54,497 bases of DNA from Hydrolagus affinis. Its lineage: Eukaryota. The stretch covers positions 1 through 54,497 of the forward strand of contig JAAILG010002443.1 in assembly GCA_012026655.1 (NCBI GenBank). Reading direction: 5' to 3'. The notes under the pieces were generated by a model that saw only the letters and a list, made by a program, of their open reading frames with translations, had not been told where the DNA came from and searched no databases. Positions 51,718 through 54,497 of the stretch are shown one piece after another. A program made the translations under genes and the position numbers. Position 1 is the first letter of the stretch, and each line of letters opens with the position of its first letter.

Positions 51718-52659
51718 AGAGAGTTTATTTCGAGTACTATTCCCTCCTCTCATTTTAATATTTCATTCAAATTGAATCAATTTAATTTTAAAAGCCACTT
51801 TTTAATAAATCATCCTTTCTAAATTAAAAGGCAGAACAAGCCAACGTACATTATTTCAAATATAAAGAGCACTTATACTGCATGGACTGTGGCCTTTGTG
51901 AATAGTGGTCCATAATTGTTCCTGCTTTTTTCTGTTCTTCACCATAAAACACCCCAGAATTACCTAGACTTTACAGTATAACAACAACAACTTGCATTTA
52001 TATAGAGCCCTCCATGCCGGGTGGCATCTCAAGAGTGTTTTAAAGCTGATATATAAAACCAGCTACGAGATCCACATTTTTCTCTTTGCATTCCCAGAAA
52101 TAGTACCAAGTAAAGTTTGAGAATAAATATCCAAAATGTAAAATTCTCTTGATGAATCGCAAAACTATTTGCAAACTCATCCACTGAGATTTTAGTTTTT
52201 GGTCAGCCAGGTGTCTGACACATGCAGAAAACCATTATTCCACAAAATCTAACATGGAGCAACATTCCTTTTTGGTGAATGCATTCTGTCTTTAGTGAAA
52301 CAATTGGAAGAAATTTGTGTTCAGGGATATACAAGCAGCTCCACCTCTACGTTGGGACATTCCCCTAGAGTTGGACTCCCAAGTTATCTCATTACATTAC
52401 AACTAGGATTTACCCTCTAATAATGCTATCCTCTGTCATAAGGATTCCCATCAAACTGCATTTTACTGGAAAAACACCGCAAAAAAAAACTGCAAAAAGG
52501 AATAATTCTGTAACATGACTACAAACAGCTACAAAGCTACACATTTTAGTTGAGCATTCATGAGGGTCATTCTGATTACCTTTCTGTAATTTTTATTCCT
52601 AATGCAAAATGGAATTGTTATAAACAAAAGAAAATGAATAATATCTCCTCTAATAAATA

Positions 52660-52881
52660 CAGTAAAAGCCTGTTTATCTATGACCCGATCAACTGTAACT
52701 TCCATATAACCGGCACGGCAAAAAAAAGTCCCCATTTGATTAACTGGAATTTATCCGGCACAATGTATTATTATTATTTTTTAATTATTTGTTTTTGGTG
52801 TGTTTTTGGCTGAATATCCAGCATGCGCTTTAACCGGCATTGGCCAGGTCACGAGTGTGCTGGATAAACAGGCTTTTACTG
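52660..52881. mobile_element. Tigger/pogo-type MITE, 222-bp minimal form (same family as 14673-15381)
   Basis: TA|CAGTAAAAGCCTGTTTATC ... GATAAACAGGCTTTTACTG|TA; subterminal sequences shared with the 14673 copy in the opposite orientation. Confidence 0.92.
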
Positions 52882-53152
52882 TAATTGGAAAAATTGGTTT
52901 AGCTTTACAGTGGTAACCAACAGGACTAATCGCTAAAATTAAGATTTATGAAAACTGGACAACCACACAAATTCTTCATTATGTTTCAAGGCATTGAAAT
53001 GTTCAAGTAATTATGTTTGGAAAGGACAATAATAATTTTCAATTCCACTTTAGCTGTGATACCAATCTTTTTACAGTGCATTAATCTAGCATGCAACAGC
53101 TACAATTTCAAAGAAGGCAGAAAGAATAGGCATGGGTCATGAAGTAGATATA

Positions 53153-53833
53153 CAGTAAAACCCCGTTTATCTGTGACCCGATCAACCGTAACTTCCGTAT
53201 AACTGGCACCTAAAAAAATAGGTCCCCATTCAATTACTCGGGTCTTGTCCGGCTTAATCGCATTTTTTCTTTCTCTCAGTATTTTGGTATGCTGCTACTG
53301 GGTATATTACTTTTTATACTACTTTATATATTATATTATTATAGTGTCTGAAGATGGCCCTGCCATTTTTTCCCCTCACAACAAGTACAGTACGATTACT
53401 TTTGAATGTTGCGGTAGGATGGGGGAAAGAGAGTGGGGAGAAAGAGAGAGCTGGGGGAGTGAGAGGGTGGAGGAGTTGATTACGTTAGATGGAAAATGAG
53501 AGGAATGGAGGTGGATTAGGTTTGGAGCCATTGAGATGCCAGTGTGTGTGAAAGAGAGAGAGGGAAGGAGGGAGAGAAAGAAAGAAACCCTTTGATTGTG
53601 TGCTGTGTTTATAGACTGTAATCAATATTTATTGCTTTATTGGTAAGTATCCATACAATATCCTGTCATTATTTAGTCTATTATTATATTGTATGTGTCT
53701 AAAAAATAATTTTTTTAATTAATTTTTAATTTAAAAAATAATTTTTGCGTTGGGTTTTCGGCTGAATATCCAGCATGCGCTTTAACCAGCATTGGCCAGT
53801 CCTGAGGGTGCCGGATAAAGGGGCTTTTTACTG
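53153..53833. mobile_element. Tigger/pogo-type element, 681-bp form with purine-rich interior (same family)
   Basis: TA|CAGTAAAACCCCGTTTATC ... GATAAAGGGGCTTTTTACTG|TA; both ends homologous to 52660-52881. Confidence 0.9.
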
Positions 53834-54497
53834 TATATTGCATTATTGCTAAGGTTAACAGGAATTGGTAAACACATTTGCCCCAAAAAATAAATAATGG
53901 AAATACATTCAAGGAATTCAATAATGTAGACAACAGGGCTCCCAAGAGGTTCAACTTTCTGGGACACAAGCATGCTGTTTCTTGGCTCCTGAGCACTGCT
54001 GGATTAACATGGCAGATGTTTATGGAGACACAACAGTACCACAGTCTTGAAGTTTAATCCATATCTGCTTAGCCGGGAGAAATGGAGAAAAATACTTTTT
54101 ATTTTGAAACAGAATCCAACAACTTTGGAATTATACCTTACACCAGATTAACCAGGCTCAGCACATCTAAACGCCTCTCTGCTGCATTTGCACTTTAGTG
54201 GTCATACAGTTCAACTGGCCAGGTGTTATCCCAGAGTCAATGTGGCAACATTCCAGCACCAGTTTTGTGAACAGCGCTCATTATTTGTACATTTATTGTG
54301 TACTCTGCCAACAAAGTGACTCCATGTCATCCGTTCAAAAAATATAGTCTCCTACAAATCAGTTAAATGTTGCCAAGTGTTCCTGTCCAAGGTTTTTCAC
54401 TGCATACAATGGATTTATCTGTGCTCCAGTGCATGCTACATTACCATCAGTATGCGTTACCGGAGTGCAGGAGTGCTGTGGTTATGAACTATACGAA

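Noticed and set aside
46021-54497. BICC1 exon 3 equivalent (IMEETNTQIAWPSKLKIGAKSKK)
   Set aside because: I did not find it by reading the minus strand; it probably lies beyond the window in a long intron.
1-54497. CRISPR array, operon or prokaryotic defence system
   Set aside because: The window is spliced vertebrate DNA, with no regularly spaced repeat-spacer array or prokaryotic gene organisation.

Overview
This is AT-rich vertebrate genomic DNA, inferred to be from a cartilaginous fish (probably a chimaera/elephant-shark type) from its L2, CR1, Deu-SINE and tRNA-SINE repeats and its short introns. The main feature is the 3' part of a BICC1 (Bicaudal-C homolog 1; KH + SAM RNA-binding protein) gene on the minus strand. 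Seventeen GT-AG coding exons run from 46020 down to the stop at 20395 and splice into one open frame of 2465 nt. They correspond to human exons 4-10 and 12-21; exons 1-3 are not in the window. A repeat-free 3' UTR of about 3 kb probably follows. The rest is intronic or intergenic sequence with SINEs, LINE 3' fragments and TA-flanked Tigger/pogo-type elements, plus a GC-rich block at the left edge. The most notable observations are: (1) no equivalent of mammalian exon 11; (2) a Tigger-type element whose interior is a fold-back duplication of a JRK/Jerky-like transposase start; (3) a 46-bp near-perfect inverted repeat bracketing an inverted SINE pair; (4) candidate alternative splice events in BICC1, including a repeat-derived in-frame alternative last exon and stop-introducing alternative donors; and (5) a strong CTCF-like motif. 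I see no support for a wholly new biological system, and most ORFs in the supplied track are spurious.
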